A DNA stretch of 63,420 nt, filler included, from Octopus bimaculoides (taxonomy: Eukaryota): NCBI RefSeq assembly GCF_001194135.2. It is 5 parts of 5 records of this genome, joined end to end, with 100 filler letters (N's around TTAATTAATTAA, not from the genome) between each part and the next. Parts side by side here need not be neighbours in the genome. Positions count along the whole stretch, not along the records: positions 1 to 18,676 come from NC_068983.1; 4 more parts are not named here. One strand, 5' to 3'. The position numbers and the translations under genes are program-made. This document shows, one piece after another, positions 1 through 12,150 of this stretch. Position 1 is the first letter of the stretch. Each line of letters starts with the position of its first letter. The notes below the pieces were generated by a model. The model was not told the origin of the DNA and did no database searches. It was given only the letters and a program-made list of their open reading frames with translations.

Positions 1-13
1 ACCCTTATTAATA

Positions 14-129
<116 letters not shown>

Positions 130-385
130 CAGAATGAGAGTGTTAAGCAGTGATAAGTAAAAATGCAATGTTATAACCAGTTCGAATATGCTAAAGGTAC
201 ATTTAGCTTCTTTACATGTCTGAATGTGCTTTTAGCATATTCGAACTGGTAATAACATTGCATGCCCCCTGTGTAAGGTAGTGATCATGTAGTGCATAAA
301 AATGATGGTGTGGTGTATGCAGGTTGAAGACTATTGTATGTATTTGAGTTCTGCTAAATGCAAGCTTTCTTTTCAGGTACATGAT

Positions 386-3290
386 ACTGATGTCCCCCAT
401 CCCGGGGTCTCACAACCCCTCAGGGTTGCCACACTCAATGTAGGCACACTGAAAGGTAGGTCTGGTGAGATTGTTGAGATGCTTGAATGGAGATGTGTAG
501 ATTTGTTCTGCATCCAAGTAAGGTGGAGAGGAGGTTCTGCTAGGTTCCTCACAGGCAAAGAACATAAGTACAAGATTTTCTGGGTGGGGAACACTGACAG
601 GGTCGGGGGCATGGTTATACTTCTTGTGGAGAAATGGGTTGATGAGGTAATTGTGGTAGTCAGAGTCTGTGATAGAATACTTAAGATTAGATTAGTACTG
701 CATCATGGGTTAGCAACCATTATCTCAGCCGGGGTTACCTGATGAACAGAAAGACGGATTTAATGACACCCTCTTACAGACTACCTCGTCGACGAATGGC
801 AGAGACCTTCACCTTATGGCTGGTGACTTCAATGGGCATGTTGGACAACATGCAGGGGGCTTCCATGGCATACATGGAGGCTATGGTTTTGGTTCCTACA
901 ACGAGGAGGGAACCAGTCTGCTGGAGTTCTGCAATGTAAATGATCTTAATGTCTGTAATACTAACTTCAGGAAACCTGTCGGTCGCCTATTCACCTACCG
1001 ATCTGGTAGACACATTAGCCAAATTGACTACATCCTCACTAGGAAACGGGAAAGATGGCTACTTATAAATGCCAAAACCTTCTCAGGCGAAGAATGCACC
1101 CCACAACATAGATTAGTAGTTAGCAACTTCAGAATCAGGGCTAAATGGATGCCCAGAAGATGACTAGCATGGAGGAGAAGGGTCTGCGAATGGACAGAGA
1201 TTTAGAGACGTATTACTCAAAGTTTTTGATGAAATAGAGGGGAATATAGCATCACATAATGTGGAAAACAACTGGAGGTTTCTACAGGACAACCTGTTGA
1301 GGGCCACTGACCAGATCTGTGGATGGGGCAAAGTCCCCTCTTGACCCAAGGTAATGTGGTGGTGGAACAATGCAGTTTACAAGGTCATTAGGGAAATGAA
1401 ACATGCATGGAAGGAATGGAAGAACGGTGGTAACAAGGAGTTGTATCAGACTGCCAGAAGGGAAGCTAGGAGACAGGTCTATTAAGCCAGAGGGGAAGCA
1501 GATAAGAAAAAATGTTCTGCGTCATGAAGACCAAAGACTTGAGGTGTTTTGTGTTACAAGACAGTGCGTGAGAGAGAATCATGATGTCATAGGAGAGAAA
1601 TGTGTCTACATGGATGACAGCTCATGTGCATTTAATGAGGCTGCAAGGAGAGAGACTTGGAAACACCACGAAGAAAGGTTGCTAAATGAAGAGAATGAAT
1701 GGGAGGAAGAGAGTCTGCTGAATGTTGACCCAACAGAGGGACCAGCTATCCGAATTGACAGTACCTTGGTAGATATAGGAATTAAGGGTATGAAGACAGG
1801 GAAAACACCTGGCCCAACAGGAATCACTGTAGAGATGCTTAAAATATCTGGTGGTGTCGGCTATAGTCTAGTCACCCATATAGTCAACCAGGTGATACAT
1901 GAAGGAGTCATACCCAATGACTGGTTTAGCAGCACTATAGTCAACTGCTACAAAGGTAAAGGTGAGGCATTAGATACAAATAATTACAGAGGTATCAAGT
2001 TGTTGGTTCAGGTAATGAAAGTCATGGAGAGGGTCATAGCCCAACTAATTAGGGGGCGAGTCAGTCTAGATGAGATGCAGTTTGGGTTTGTACCAGGGAA
2101 AAGCACTACTGATGCTATATTTCTGGTAAGACAGCTGCAGGAGAAATACCTAGCCAAAGATAAACCTCTGTACCTGGCTTTTGCTGACATGGAGAAAGCT
2201 TTTGACAGGGTCCTCTGATCCCTTATCTGGTGGTCAATGAGGAAACTAGGGATAGATGAATGGTTAGTGAGAGCTGTGTAAGCCATGTACAGGGATGCTG
2301 TTAGTAAGGTGAGGGTTGGCAACGAGTACAGTAAAGAATTCCGAGTAGAGGTAGGGGTCCACCAAGGATCAGTTCTCATCTCCCTCTTATTCATTATAGT
2401 CTTCCAGACAATAACAGAGAAATTCAAGACAGGATGCCCCTGTGAGCTTTTCTATGCTGATGACTTTGCTCTAATAGCTGAGTCACTATCAGAACTAGAG
2501 GAGAAGTTTCAGGTGTGGAAGCAAGGATTAGAATCAAAGGGCCGTAGAGTCAATCTAGCAAAAACTAAAGTCTTAATAAGTAGGAAGGCAGACAAACCAC
2601 AAATCCCTTCAAGTAGATAGCCCTGCTAAATCTATAGAAAAAGCGTAGGTAGAAACTCCATGTATCTGGTGTAAGCTATGGACACATAAGGAGCGCAGCA
2701 ATAGCAAAGGAAGATTAACTGAGAAGATAGTTTTTGTGCATTTCAAATGCTCAGGGGCAATAAACCCTGAAAATTTGCAGAGAACAGCTTCCGTCACATT
2801 CCAGGGGGAAAAACTGGAAGTAGTTGATAGCTTCCATTACCTAGGTGACCAAGTCAGTAGTGGGAGTGGATGCTCTGAAAGTGTAGCTACTAGAATAAAA
2901 ATAGCCTGGGCAAAGTTCAGAGAGCTCCTTCCTCTGCTGGTGACAAAGGGTCTCTTGCTCAGAGTAAAAGGTAGACTATATGACACGAGTGCGAACAGCG
3001 ATGCTACATGGCAGTGAAACATGGGCTGTGACAGCTGAGGACATGCGTAAGCTTGCAAGGAATGAAGCCACTATGCTCTGCTGGATATGTAATGTAAGTG
3101 TGCATACATAACAGAGTGTAAGCGCGCTGATAGAAAAGTTGGAATCAGATGTGGTCTGCAAAAGAGATGACTGTGCTGGTGTGGTCTTGTGTTGTGAATG
3201 GATGAAAACAGCTGTGTGAAATAGTGTCACACCCTAGGAGTTGAGGGAACCTGTGGAAGAGGTAGACCCAGGAAAATCTGGATGAGGTCG
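386..3290 (+). pseudogene. disrupted APE-endonuclease/reverse-transcriptase ORF of the RTE element
   Basis: ORF fragments 302-742, 816-1163, 1403-2218, 2285-2620 and 2736-3017 are collinear pieces of one EN-RT polyprotein, with in-frame stops (e.g. TGA at 740-742). Confidence 0.9.
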
Positions 3291-3526
3291 ACCTTCTAAC
3301 ATTGAGCCTCACCGAGGCAATAACAAGTGACTGAGACCTTTGGAAATATGCTGTGATTGAGAAGACCTGGAAGGCCAAGTGAGACCATAACCGTGGCTTA
3401 TGCCAGTGTAGCATAACCAGCCCATTTAAGAGTACCCTTTAATCATTGGATTATTAACTACACTTGTGAAGACATGTTGAGGCAAGTGAAATCGTTGTTG
3501 TGGCCAATGACAGTACCTGAACGTTA

Positions 3527-3790
3527 AAAGCACCATTCGAGCATGATCATTACCAGGATCACTGATTGCCTCCTGTGCTGGTGGCATGTAAAAGGCACCA
3601 TTCGAGCGTGATCGTTGCCAGAATCGCCTGACTGGCTCCTGTGCCAGTGGCACGTAAAAAAACAGCATTTGAGCGTGGTCATTGCCAGTGCCATCAGACT
3701 GGCTCCTACGCAGGTGGCACGTAAAAAGCAACATTTGAGCATGGTCGATGCCAGTACCACCTGACTGGCCCTCATGCCAACTGCATGTAA
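3527..3790 (+). repeat. ~65-bp diverged minisatellite (about 4 units) inside the RTE 3' tail
   Basis: Repeated unit aaaagcaccattcgagcgtgatcgttgccag...gactggctcctgtgccagtggcacgt. Confidence 0.85.
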
Positions 3791-4353
3791 AAGCACCCAG
3801 TACACTCTCGGAGTGGTTAGCGTTAGGAAGGGCATACAGTTGTAGAAACTTTGCCAGGTCAGATTGGAGCCTGGTGCAGCCTTCTTGCTCGCCAGCCCTC
3901 AGTCAAACCATCCAACCCATGCCAACATGGATAGCAGACGTTAAACTACGATGATGATGATGATGATGATCCAAACCATATATATATATATTTATAGTTT
4001 GTATACATATACATATATAGTTTGTGTGTGTATATATGTATATANNNNNNNNNNNNNNNNNNNNNNNNNNNNNNNNNNNNNNNNNNNNNNNNNNNNNNNN
4101 NNNNNNNNNNNNNNNNATATATATATATATATATAATTAACATAATAGGGTAAAAAATTTGATATTAATTAATATCAATTTAATACCAGGAAACCAGCAC
4201 ATTAAAAGATTCAGAAAAAATTCTCTGAGATCTCAAAAGGATTATATTACATGTGTATATAAAAGAGACCATTAAGTGGACTGTTAATGTGCTAAAATTC
4301 AGCGGAGCAAAACAGGCGGGCGAGACTAGTGAAAATTATAAATACCTAGGTTA

Positions 4354-4419
4354 TCTGTAGACCATGGTTTCTAAATCAACACTTTCTTAACGAAAGTATC
4401 TGTTTTTCCTCAGTACAGA
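4354..4419 (-). ncRNA. type I hammerhead ribozyme motif (inverted copy)
   Basis: Exact reverse complement of 4640-4705. Confidence 0.75.
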
Positions 4420-4639
4420 CTGCCATAACGATTATAATCCAAATTAACCATAATCACGTTTCTCAAAGTCGGTAAATTCAACGCAGAAATTATTTTCTGC
4501 AGAGATATTTCTGGATTTAGCTCGCCAAAACTAGGACTTTTGAATTTTACTCATTATAATTAATAGAATCCCGTGCACTGTTTTCATTTGTTGGAGACAA
4601 CTAGCACGAGGTTCTATAGGATTTTAATCATTATGGCAG

Positions 4640-4705
4640 TCTGTACTGAGGAAAAACAGATACTTTCGTTAAGAAAGTGTTGATTTAGAAACCATGGTCT
4701 ACAGA
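4640..4705 (+). ncRNA. type I hammerhead ribozyme motif
   Basis: Stem I tctgta/tacaga (4640-45/4700-05); core CTGAGGA (4646-52); stem II around actttc-gttaa-gaaagt; GAAA (4688-91); palindromic stem III accatggt; GUC cleavage triplet (4697-99). The 10.1/11.1 pair is a non-canonical A-A. Confidence 0.78.
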
Positions 4706-5362
4706 TAACATAGGTATTTATAATTTTCACTAGCCTCGCCCGCCTGTTTTGCTCCCTTGAATTTTCTTTGAGAATTTTTAAGTGATCTTCTTCTAGCACA
4801 TTAACAGTGCACTTAGTGGTCTCTTTTATATACACATGTACTATAATCCTTTTGAGATCTCAGAAAATTTTTTCTGAATCTTCTGATTCTTTTAATATGC
4901 TGGTTTCCTGGTATTAAATTTATATTAATTAATATCAAATTTTTTACCCTATTATGTTAATTAACCATAATCACGTTTCTCAAAGTCGGTTAATTCAATG
5001 CAGAAATTATTTTCTGCAGAGATATTTTCGGATTTAGCGCGCCAAAACTAAGACTTTTGAATTTTACTCTTTATAATTATATATATATAATATATATATA
5101 TTTATCAGCACAAGAACAAAAATTTAATGTAAGAATTACCAATTTGTTTACATTACCATCACATATGTATCAATTATTTTCACATCCTAACCAATGCATC
5201 TGTTTATATTCTCATTCTGAAAAGATTTATTTAGACTAGTAAATTGAAACGATCGTAAATGTTACCCTCATCTCTACTTCTTCCTCCTTTGTTATCTATT
5301 TAATTAAAGACATACCAGCGAAAGCCAAGAGTTTCACATTGTTATTATATCCATTCTCTTCT

Positions 5363-5401
<39 letters not shown>

Positions 5402-5836
5402 TAAATGTGTTTGTAATAGTGCTTGTGCATCGTTTAATTGATAGGAGGAAAAAGTCACCTTACATTCTATCTTTTCATCCTCCACTTCCCATTTCCAGTC
5501 CTATAGGACATTTTCCATTGCGTTACATATACATATGTCTTGTCTCAGGGCCCCACAGCCTTTATTTTGTCTGTATATAAATTTATTTTGTTGGTATATT
5601 TACATTCATATCTGTGTCATGTTTGTTTCTGTCACTCTCATCAATGTACGCCCATTATTCTCAGGGGCTATTCATTGTTGTTGCCACCAAAAATGAACAA
5701 TATTGTCTTAAAGGCATGAAATTGTAATGATTGTTGGATGATAACTGATGAGGAAAGAGCATATCCATGCTTTGTGTGTGAACTTTCTGTTTGTCTCTCA
5801 GTCATGATTCTGATCAATTTTTGAAACTTATTGCGC

Positions 5837-5891
<55 letters not shown>

Positions 5892-5897
<6 letters not shown>

Positions 5898-6810
5898 AAT
5901 AAGAGGAATGACCAGCAAAAGTGGACTCCTGTATGCTAGAAATAGATGCCGAATCATCTAACCACGAAGAATATGTTCTCAGTAAAATTTCAGCGAGACG
6001 ACAGACCGTAAAAAGGCAAGACAAATGAAAAAATACTAAACAAAAAAACGATTAACCTACGTACCAATGGTTTCACCTGTTAATAATTACATAAGTAAAT
6101 ATCTGCAGGACCATGGTTAGATGATTCGGCATCTATTTCTAGCATATAGGAGTCCACTTTTACTGGTCATTCCTCTTATTTGTGTATGTAATATAATTTT
6201 AATCTTCGATTTTTTTTTAATATGCTGGACCACTGGTTTTAATTGATCAATATTAATTTCTACCCTTATTATTAAATTTTAAATAATGATGTTCTCAAAC
6301 CGGTAAATTAGCTGCAGAAATTCATTAACTACAGAGTTATTTCCGGACTCAGCGCACCAGATTGAGGACATTTGAAAGAATACACTGAATGTAATTTGTA
6401 GAACTCTACACGTGCTCCCTTTCGGGTGAATGTTCTGTGTCTAGTTCTGGAAATTATATTTTATAAATCGGCAGACTACGCTGATGATCCTGCAGATATT
6501 TACTTATGTAAGTATTAACAGGTGAAACCATTGGTACGTAGGTTAATCGTTTTTTTATTTAGTATTTTTTCATTTGTCTTGCCCTTTTACGGTCTGTCGT
6601 CTCGCTGAAATTTTACTGAGAACATATTCTTCGTGGCTAGATGATTCGGCATCTATTTCTAGCATATAGGAGTCCACTTTTGCTGGTCATTCCTCTTATT
6701 TGTGTATGTAATATAATTTTAATCTTCGGATTTTTTAAAATATTTTTAATATGCTGGACTACTGGTTTTAATTGATTAATATCAATTTCTACCGTTATTA
6801 TTAAATTTTA
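5892..6810 (+). mobile_element. non-coding hammerhead-bearing element (retrozyme-like / non-autonomous Penelope-like), family 2
   Basis: Inverted arm 5892-6110 matches 6488-6707. Direct repeat 6117-6290 recurs at 6637-6810 (period 520 bp). Flanked by (TA)n and shares homologous blocks with family 1. Confidence 0.75.
6476..6541 (+). ncRNA. type I hammerhead ribozyme motif
   Basis: Stem I ctacg/cgtag (6476-80/6537-41); CTGATGA (6481-87); stem II cctg...tatttac-ttat-gtaagta...cagg; GAAA (6524-27); stem III acc-att-ggt; GUA triplet (6534-36). The 10.1/11.1 pair is U-U. Confidence 0.75.
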
Positions 6811-6829
6811 TATATATATATATACAGAT

Positions 6830-7450
6830 ATAGGGCAGGGAATTATCAATTAGTAATAAAATTAATAATTAACAATTTTGCCAAGTAGTTCAGTATGAAA
6901 AAACCTTTATCGGTAAAACCATTTATAATCATAAATATACAGGGATTAGCATGAGTTGCTTCTCCATCATACTGAAAATTTAGAAATAGCAGTCAAAGGA
7001 CTACTGATTATAAACTACAAATTTTTTCTCTAACGGATGGCGATATTTATGGCACACACACAACAAAAAACAGAAGAGAAAAACAAAAACAAACCTGCCT
7101 TTAGTTAATTGAGTACGATGTTTCACGGTTAAGAGTATGAAGGTACTCTATTCCGATCTTCAGCCCAATATTCGAATAAATTTGAAAGTGTCTATATAAC
7201 TCATGGGAATTTTGACCATGCGACATCAAAAGCACATGAGGAAGGCACTTACAAAATTTATCGGCTAGTACGNNNNNNNNNNNNNNNNNNNNNNNNATAT
7301 ATATATATATATATAGTTCAAATTTATAGAAAAAAAGACAAAAACAGGTGAGGGAACAACAACAAGTAGGTGTATTAGTTTGATGCGTAGGAAGAATGGA
7401 ACAGTCTTTGATGCTTTGAACCATGCTCTTTGACAGAAAGGGTTGAGAGG
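6830..7450 (-). mobile_element. probable Penelope-like element 3' remnants
   Basis: A minus frame ends ...IGIEYLHTLNRET, resembling the P-x-LN end of PLE GIY-YIG domains. A very degenerate hammerhead-like trace lies at ~7410-7445. Confidence 0.35.
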
Positions 7451-7494
7451 GAAAAAATGTGTAGGGATTAACAGTTCATATATATATATATCAT

Positions 7495-7950
7495 CATCAT
7501 CATCATCATTTAACATCCATTTTCCTTGCTGGAAGGGGTTGGATGGTTTGACATGGTGGCCAGCTGAAGAGCTGCCCAGATTCCATGTCTGTTTTGGCCC
7601 GGTTTCTATGGCTGGATGCTCTTCCTAATGCCAACCACATTACAGAGTATACTGGATACTTTTCTGCAGCACTGGCATGGGTGCATTTACATGGCACCAA
7701 TACAAGTGCTTTTTAAGTGGCACCAGCACCCATGTGCACACAAGATTAGGAATGCACAGCTGGAGAAGGATGCAGGGGACAAGCCAGTATGCAAGAGCAA
7801 CCACGCTTTTACTTAGCTTGGCATGTCTTCTCAAGCACAGGAAACTGACAGAAGTCATGGTCCCCTGTCATCCCCTGTGTGAGTCCCAGCATCTGTAGAT
7901 CGTTTCTCACAACTTTGTCTCACATCTTCCTGAGTCTACTCCCATCTTCA
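7495..7950 (-). mobile_element. RTE 3' tail fragment with (CAT)n end
   Basis: Reverse complement of the 3400-3970 tail. Confidence 0.8.
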
Positions 7951-8009
7951 TGCTCATACACACATGCTTATACACACTAATTCATACATGGTTGTATACA
8001 TGTGTGTGT

Positions 8010-8225
8010 GTGTCCTTGCGTTTGTCCCCCACTACCACTTGACAACTGGTTTTGGTTTATTTACATCCCTGTTACTTAGCAGTTCAGCAAAACAGATCAA
8101 GAGAATAAATACCAGACTGAAAAAAATATTTGTATTGGTCTCAATTTGTTTGGCTAAAACCTTCAAGGTGATGCCCCAGCATGGCCTCAGTCCAATAACT
8201 GAAATAAATAACAGACAAAAGATAA
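8010..8225 (+). mobile_element. SINE family A, 3' half
   Basis: Matches the 3' half of the full copies at 13735-14145 and 25565-26060. Confidence 0.75.
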
Positions 8226-8589
8226 ATTTAGTAAGATGAGGTAAAAACAGATTCCATAACTGTTCAGGTATTCACTGACTGTTGGATATGAACAGCTGAG
8301 AGGTGGTTATATGATTCATTATCAGATCATAATTAAGCAGCACTCATACTCATCACCTACCCTTTATTTTTTGTTGAAGTCATAGATGCTCCCATCTCTC
8401 TAAAGTATTGTCTATATATTTTTTTACCTAAGATTATGGCATAATATATCTCATAACAAGTAGTACATGCACAGATACAGACAGATTCAGGTAGACTACA
8501 CACACACAAACATACACATACACACACACAAACATGTACATATGCATTCGTGTACATACACATACATGCACACATCTGTTGCACACAAC

Positions 8590-9075
8590 ATAATCTAGTA
8601 TATATAAATCACAGTATGTGTGTATAATGACTAACGCATATATTTCTACAATTCTCAGCCAATTTTCACCAAACTTTACACACATATTACTTATGTTCCA
8701 AGGATAATCATGCACTATAACATTTTGCCTTGAGCTCCAACATAAATGGATGTAAATGGACATAGTTTTTTGTATGTAGAGTGTTCCATACTTTTTAAAT
8801 CTTTTGATAAAAGTGAAAGGATTTTGTCCATTTATTTATTTCCATTGTCCATCAACGACAAGGAACACTGAACGCATACAAATGTATGCGTTCTCAACTA
8901 ATTTTCATCAAACTTTACACACACAATACTTATGTCCACAAGAATGGTCATGCACTAAACATTTTGCCCAGAGCTCCCGTGTAAATAGACCTAAATGGAC
9001 ATAGCTTTTTTATATGTAGGGTATTCCATACTTTTTAAATCTTTTTATATAAGTGAAAGGATTTTGTCTATTTAT
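8590..9075 (+). repeat. ~240-bp tandem duplication, resembling Helitron-type non-autonomous element sequence
   Basis: aattttcaccaaactttacaca...gtgaaaggattttgtc occurs at ~8661 and ~8900. A similar motif is in 32745-33515. Confidence 0.55.
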
Positions 9076-10471
9076 TTTGACTGTTCACCTACCATGGTGA
9101 TTAAATTGACTAGGAACACTGTATGTGATGAATATCCAATACCAAATAATTCAATCTCCATATTTTAACTGAATTAAACTTTGACAAGCTTACCTTTATC
9201 TATTCTGAGTTACTTGAAAGGTGATGTTCCCTTCACTCTCTTCTATTTGTTGATACTTTTGTTTACCTACCAATGCGTTGTTTCACTTTTAGGATGCTTA
9301 TTTATCAATCTATTATGATATTTTGACTGTTGTTCATTGTTTCAAATATGTTTTAGCATTGTCATTCTAGCCTTTTTTAAACAATCACATATGATTCATC
9401 CCAAAGTACCAAGCTTTAAATAAGAGTTTTGCTTCCACTAGCGAAAGCTATGTGTATCTTTCAGAAAGCTCTGTACCAATTTAACTTTATACAGAATTCA
9501 CTGTTAGTTTATGCGCAGGGTATGTGGGAAGACAGAATAAAGGAGCTTTTGTTAGCTCCTTTTGCTGTTCAAAAAAATAAACTCGTGGAAGGAAAGTTTC
9601 AACGTCTTCCTTTAATTTCATTACACCATTTATGTGGCTGTTTCTGACAAGAAATTTCACTTTCATGAAAAACAACTATATTTTGTAGTCATTATCTGTA
9701 GTCTACTCCCAAAACACTTCAGTAGCTCTACTTTGCATCGCTTGCAAACTTATATGCTTTATGATCATTAAAGTGCAATGACCTCCACAATAACCAGCCT
9801 TCAATTCGATTTTCCATTCCTAGGTTAATGAGGAACATAGATTGCTGTGCTACTCATAAATCTTCTTGACAGTTCAATTATTTGGTGAAAAAAAATACTA
9901 CCAAAGCAACTTAAACTGTCCAAAGGACAGGTGTGTTTGCTAGTTCATATATAAAAGGCTGCAGTTGCTACATCCACAAATATCCTAGATGGTATTCAAA
10001 AACACAGCTAGCCACCAGATAAATAAACCTTTCCTAACCAACATATTACATCCACTAGCATACTGACATTTATCCTGCCTTTCAGCTAATAAAATGGGTA
10101 CTGTCTTCATACAAATCCATTTCTTACACCTACTTTTCTTCTCTTATTCCTTTTCTCTCTGAAGGGAAATCTGACTAAGGTTTATAAACTGACTATTCTT
10201 CTTTGAGTGAAAATATCTGCCTTTAGCATACATAGGTCACAAATTATGGAAGAGGAAACAACCAATTTAATCAACCTTTTTACCTAACAGTCAATAATTT
10301 TTTATCCCAGAAGGATAAAATGTAAAACTTATAACAGGAATTGAACTCAGAATGAAAATAGTACAGAGAATATGAATATGTTTTTTCTGTTATGTTAATT
10401 GGAAATGTTGTGGTCAGGCCTTTGACTTTTTCTAGCCAAAGGCTTTTTAATGCAATATTTATATGCTATTA

Positions 10472-11730
10472 TTGGGTCGTCCCATAAATAATGTGGTTTT
10501 TTTTAATACTTCTTTTATTTTTCAAAATGATGATAATGTTCTTTTTTAATCTAAAATATACTCTCTTTCATTTTCTACAATGCTCTTCCATCTATTTGGT
10601 AAACTTGCAAGGCCCCTCTTCCAAAATTCACTTGTTCATGACAAAAAATACTCCTCCAGTACTGTTCTGACCTCGTTTACAGAATTCATATTTTTTCCAT
10701 CAAAAATGATTTTGAAGACTGTGGAATAAATGATAATCAGATGGGGCAATGTCCAGCAAATATAGTGGGTGGGGCATTGTTTCCTATTCAAACTGCTCCA
10801 GCCTCTGGAATGTCATCCTCACTGTATGAGGTTGAGCATTATCCTGATGGAAGAACACCTTTCATTTTGAAACCAAAGATGGCCGTTTTTCTTCTAGTGC
10901 TGACTTAAATTGCTCAAGCTGCTCGCTGTAGATCTCCTTTGTTATCATTTGGGTTGGGTTTAAAAGTTCAAAGTGGATTAAACCTTTCGTATCCCACCAA
11001 ACACTTATGTGAGTGAAGACCTTTTTGAGCCTGGGGTGCAGTGGGTCTCCTTTCCCCACCTACTGTCTTTGGGGCTTGACATTTTTATAGAGAACCCATT
11101 TTTCATCACCAGTCACTATTCGGTCCAGAAAGGTTCATTCGTGAGACATGACAACAAAGAAGAGCACACATTCACTTTCTGCATGAGATTAGACTCAGAA
11201 TGTTTGTGAGGAACCCATTGACCCAATTTGCTGACTTTTCTGATGGCACACAGGTGTCAAAGAATGGTTGAGCAACCAAATCCAAGCTTCACTGCTAGTT
11301 CCTCAACAGTTACGATGGGATTTCATTCCACCAGGGTTTGCAGGACATCCTCATCAAGCTCTACAGATCTTCCAGAACGAGGCTCATCTTTTAGGCTGTA
11401 GTTTCCAGCTTGGAATTTCTGGAACCACTTTTGTCACTGGCTTACGCTTGTTGTCCGATATCCATATACTGCAATAATATTGCGTTATTGCCTTTTTTGA
11501 ACTCATAAATCAAAATATGCCGAATATGCTCTTTTGTCACTTCCATTATAGCTTTGAAAAAACTAACTGTTCCAATTGAACTGCACTCTTCAAAACTTGC
11601 ACAAAAAATAAGTACAAAGGTAAAATCACTACCTCTTTTATAACAAGTCGATGCAGGTAGTTTATCCCATTCCCCTCTGACTTTTAGTTCATGCAATTAA
11701 AAAAACTGCATTATTTATGTGATGACCCAA
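10472..11730 (-). mobile_element. mariner (Tc1/mariner) DNA transposon, decayed, full length (~1.26 kb)
   Basis: TIR ttgggtcgtcccataaataatg / cattatttatgtgatgacccaa; TA at 10470-71 and 11731-32; transposase fragments MEVTKEHIRHILIYEF, VWWDTKGLIHFELL and DIAPSDYHLF. Confidence 0.92.
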
Positions 11731-11984
11731 TATTTATAGCTTTATATGGTTACAAGGTTCCAACAAAGAAACATTTCACATTCATCTTGAAGTTTTCAAA
11801 TTCTTATGACATCAACAATCATCATCATCATCATCACCATTTACTGTGTCCATTTTCCAACTGTACAGATTGTGCTGGGTATTTTTAAATGTGGCACCAG
11901 CTTGGGTGCTTTTATGTGGCAGTTGCACAGGTGCTATTACATGATGGTGGCATGGAAGCTTTTTACATGGATGTATGTATCTAT

Positions 11985-12150
11985 GTGCTTCTTTCAGTTT
12001 CTGTCAACCAATTCCACTCACAAGGCTTTGGTTGACCCGAGGCTATAGCAGAAGACTCTTGTCCAAGATGCCATGCAGTGGGACTGAACCTAGAACCATG
12101 CAGTGGAGAAGCAAGCTTTTTAATACACATCCATGCCTGCACCAAAATAT
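11985..12150 (-). mobile_element. SINE family A, 5' (tRNA-like) half
   Basis: Reverse complement of the 56882-57050 consensus-like copy. Confidence 0.8.

Larger units (their letters stand above)
375..3970 (+). mobile_element. RTE-clade non-LTR retrotransposon (LINE), near full length, decayed, with long 3' tail ending in (GAT)n
   Basis: APE endonuclease motifs (LRVATLNVGTL, AGDFNGHVG, SQIDYIL, PQHRLVV) followed by RT motifs (QFGFVPGKSTTDAIF, DMEKAFDRV, GVHQGSVL, LFYADD). These are split over several ORFs by stops and frameshifts. The 3' tail recurs in other copies in the window. Confidence 0.92.
4135..5080 (+). mobile_element. non-coding hammerhead-bearing element (retrozyme-like / non-autonomous Penelope-like), family 1
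   Basis: Inverted arm 4135-4440 matches 4618-4962. Direct repeat 4444-4562 recurs at 4961-5079 (period 517 bp). Flanked by (TA)n on both sides and contains two hammerhead motifs. Confidence 0.75.

Noticed and set aside
375-3290. Active RTE retrotransposon
   Set aside because: Multiple stops and frameshifts in the EN and RT domains.
5744-5775. Hammerhead-like CTGATGA-gga...tcc
   Set aside because: No GAAA, stem III or stem I follows.
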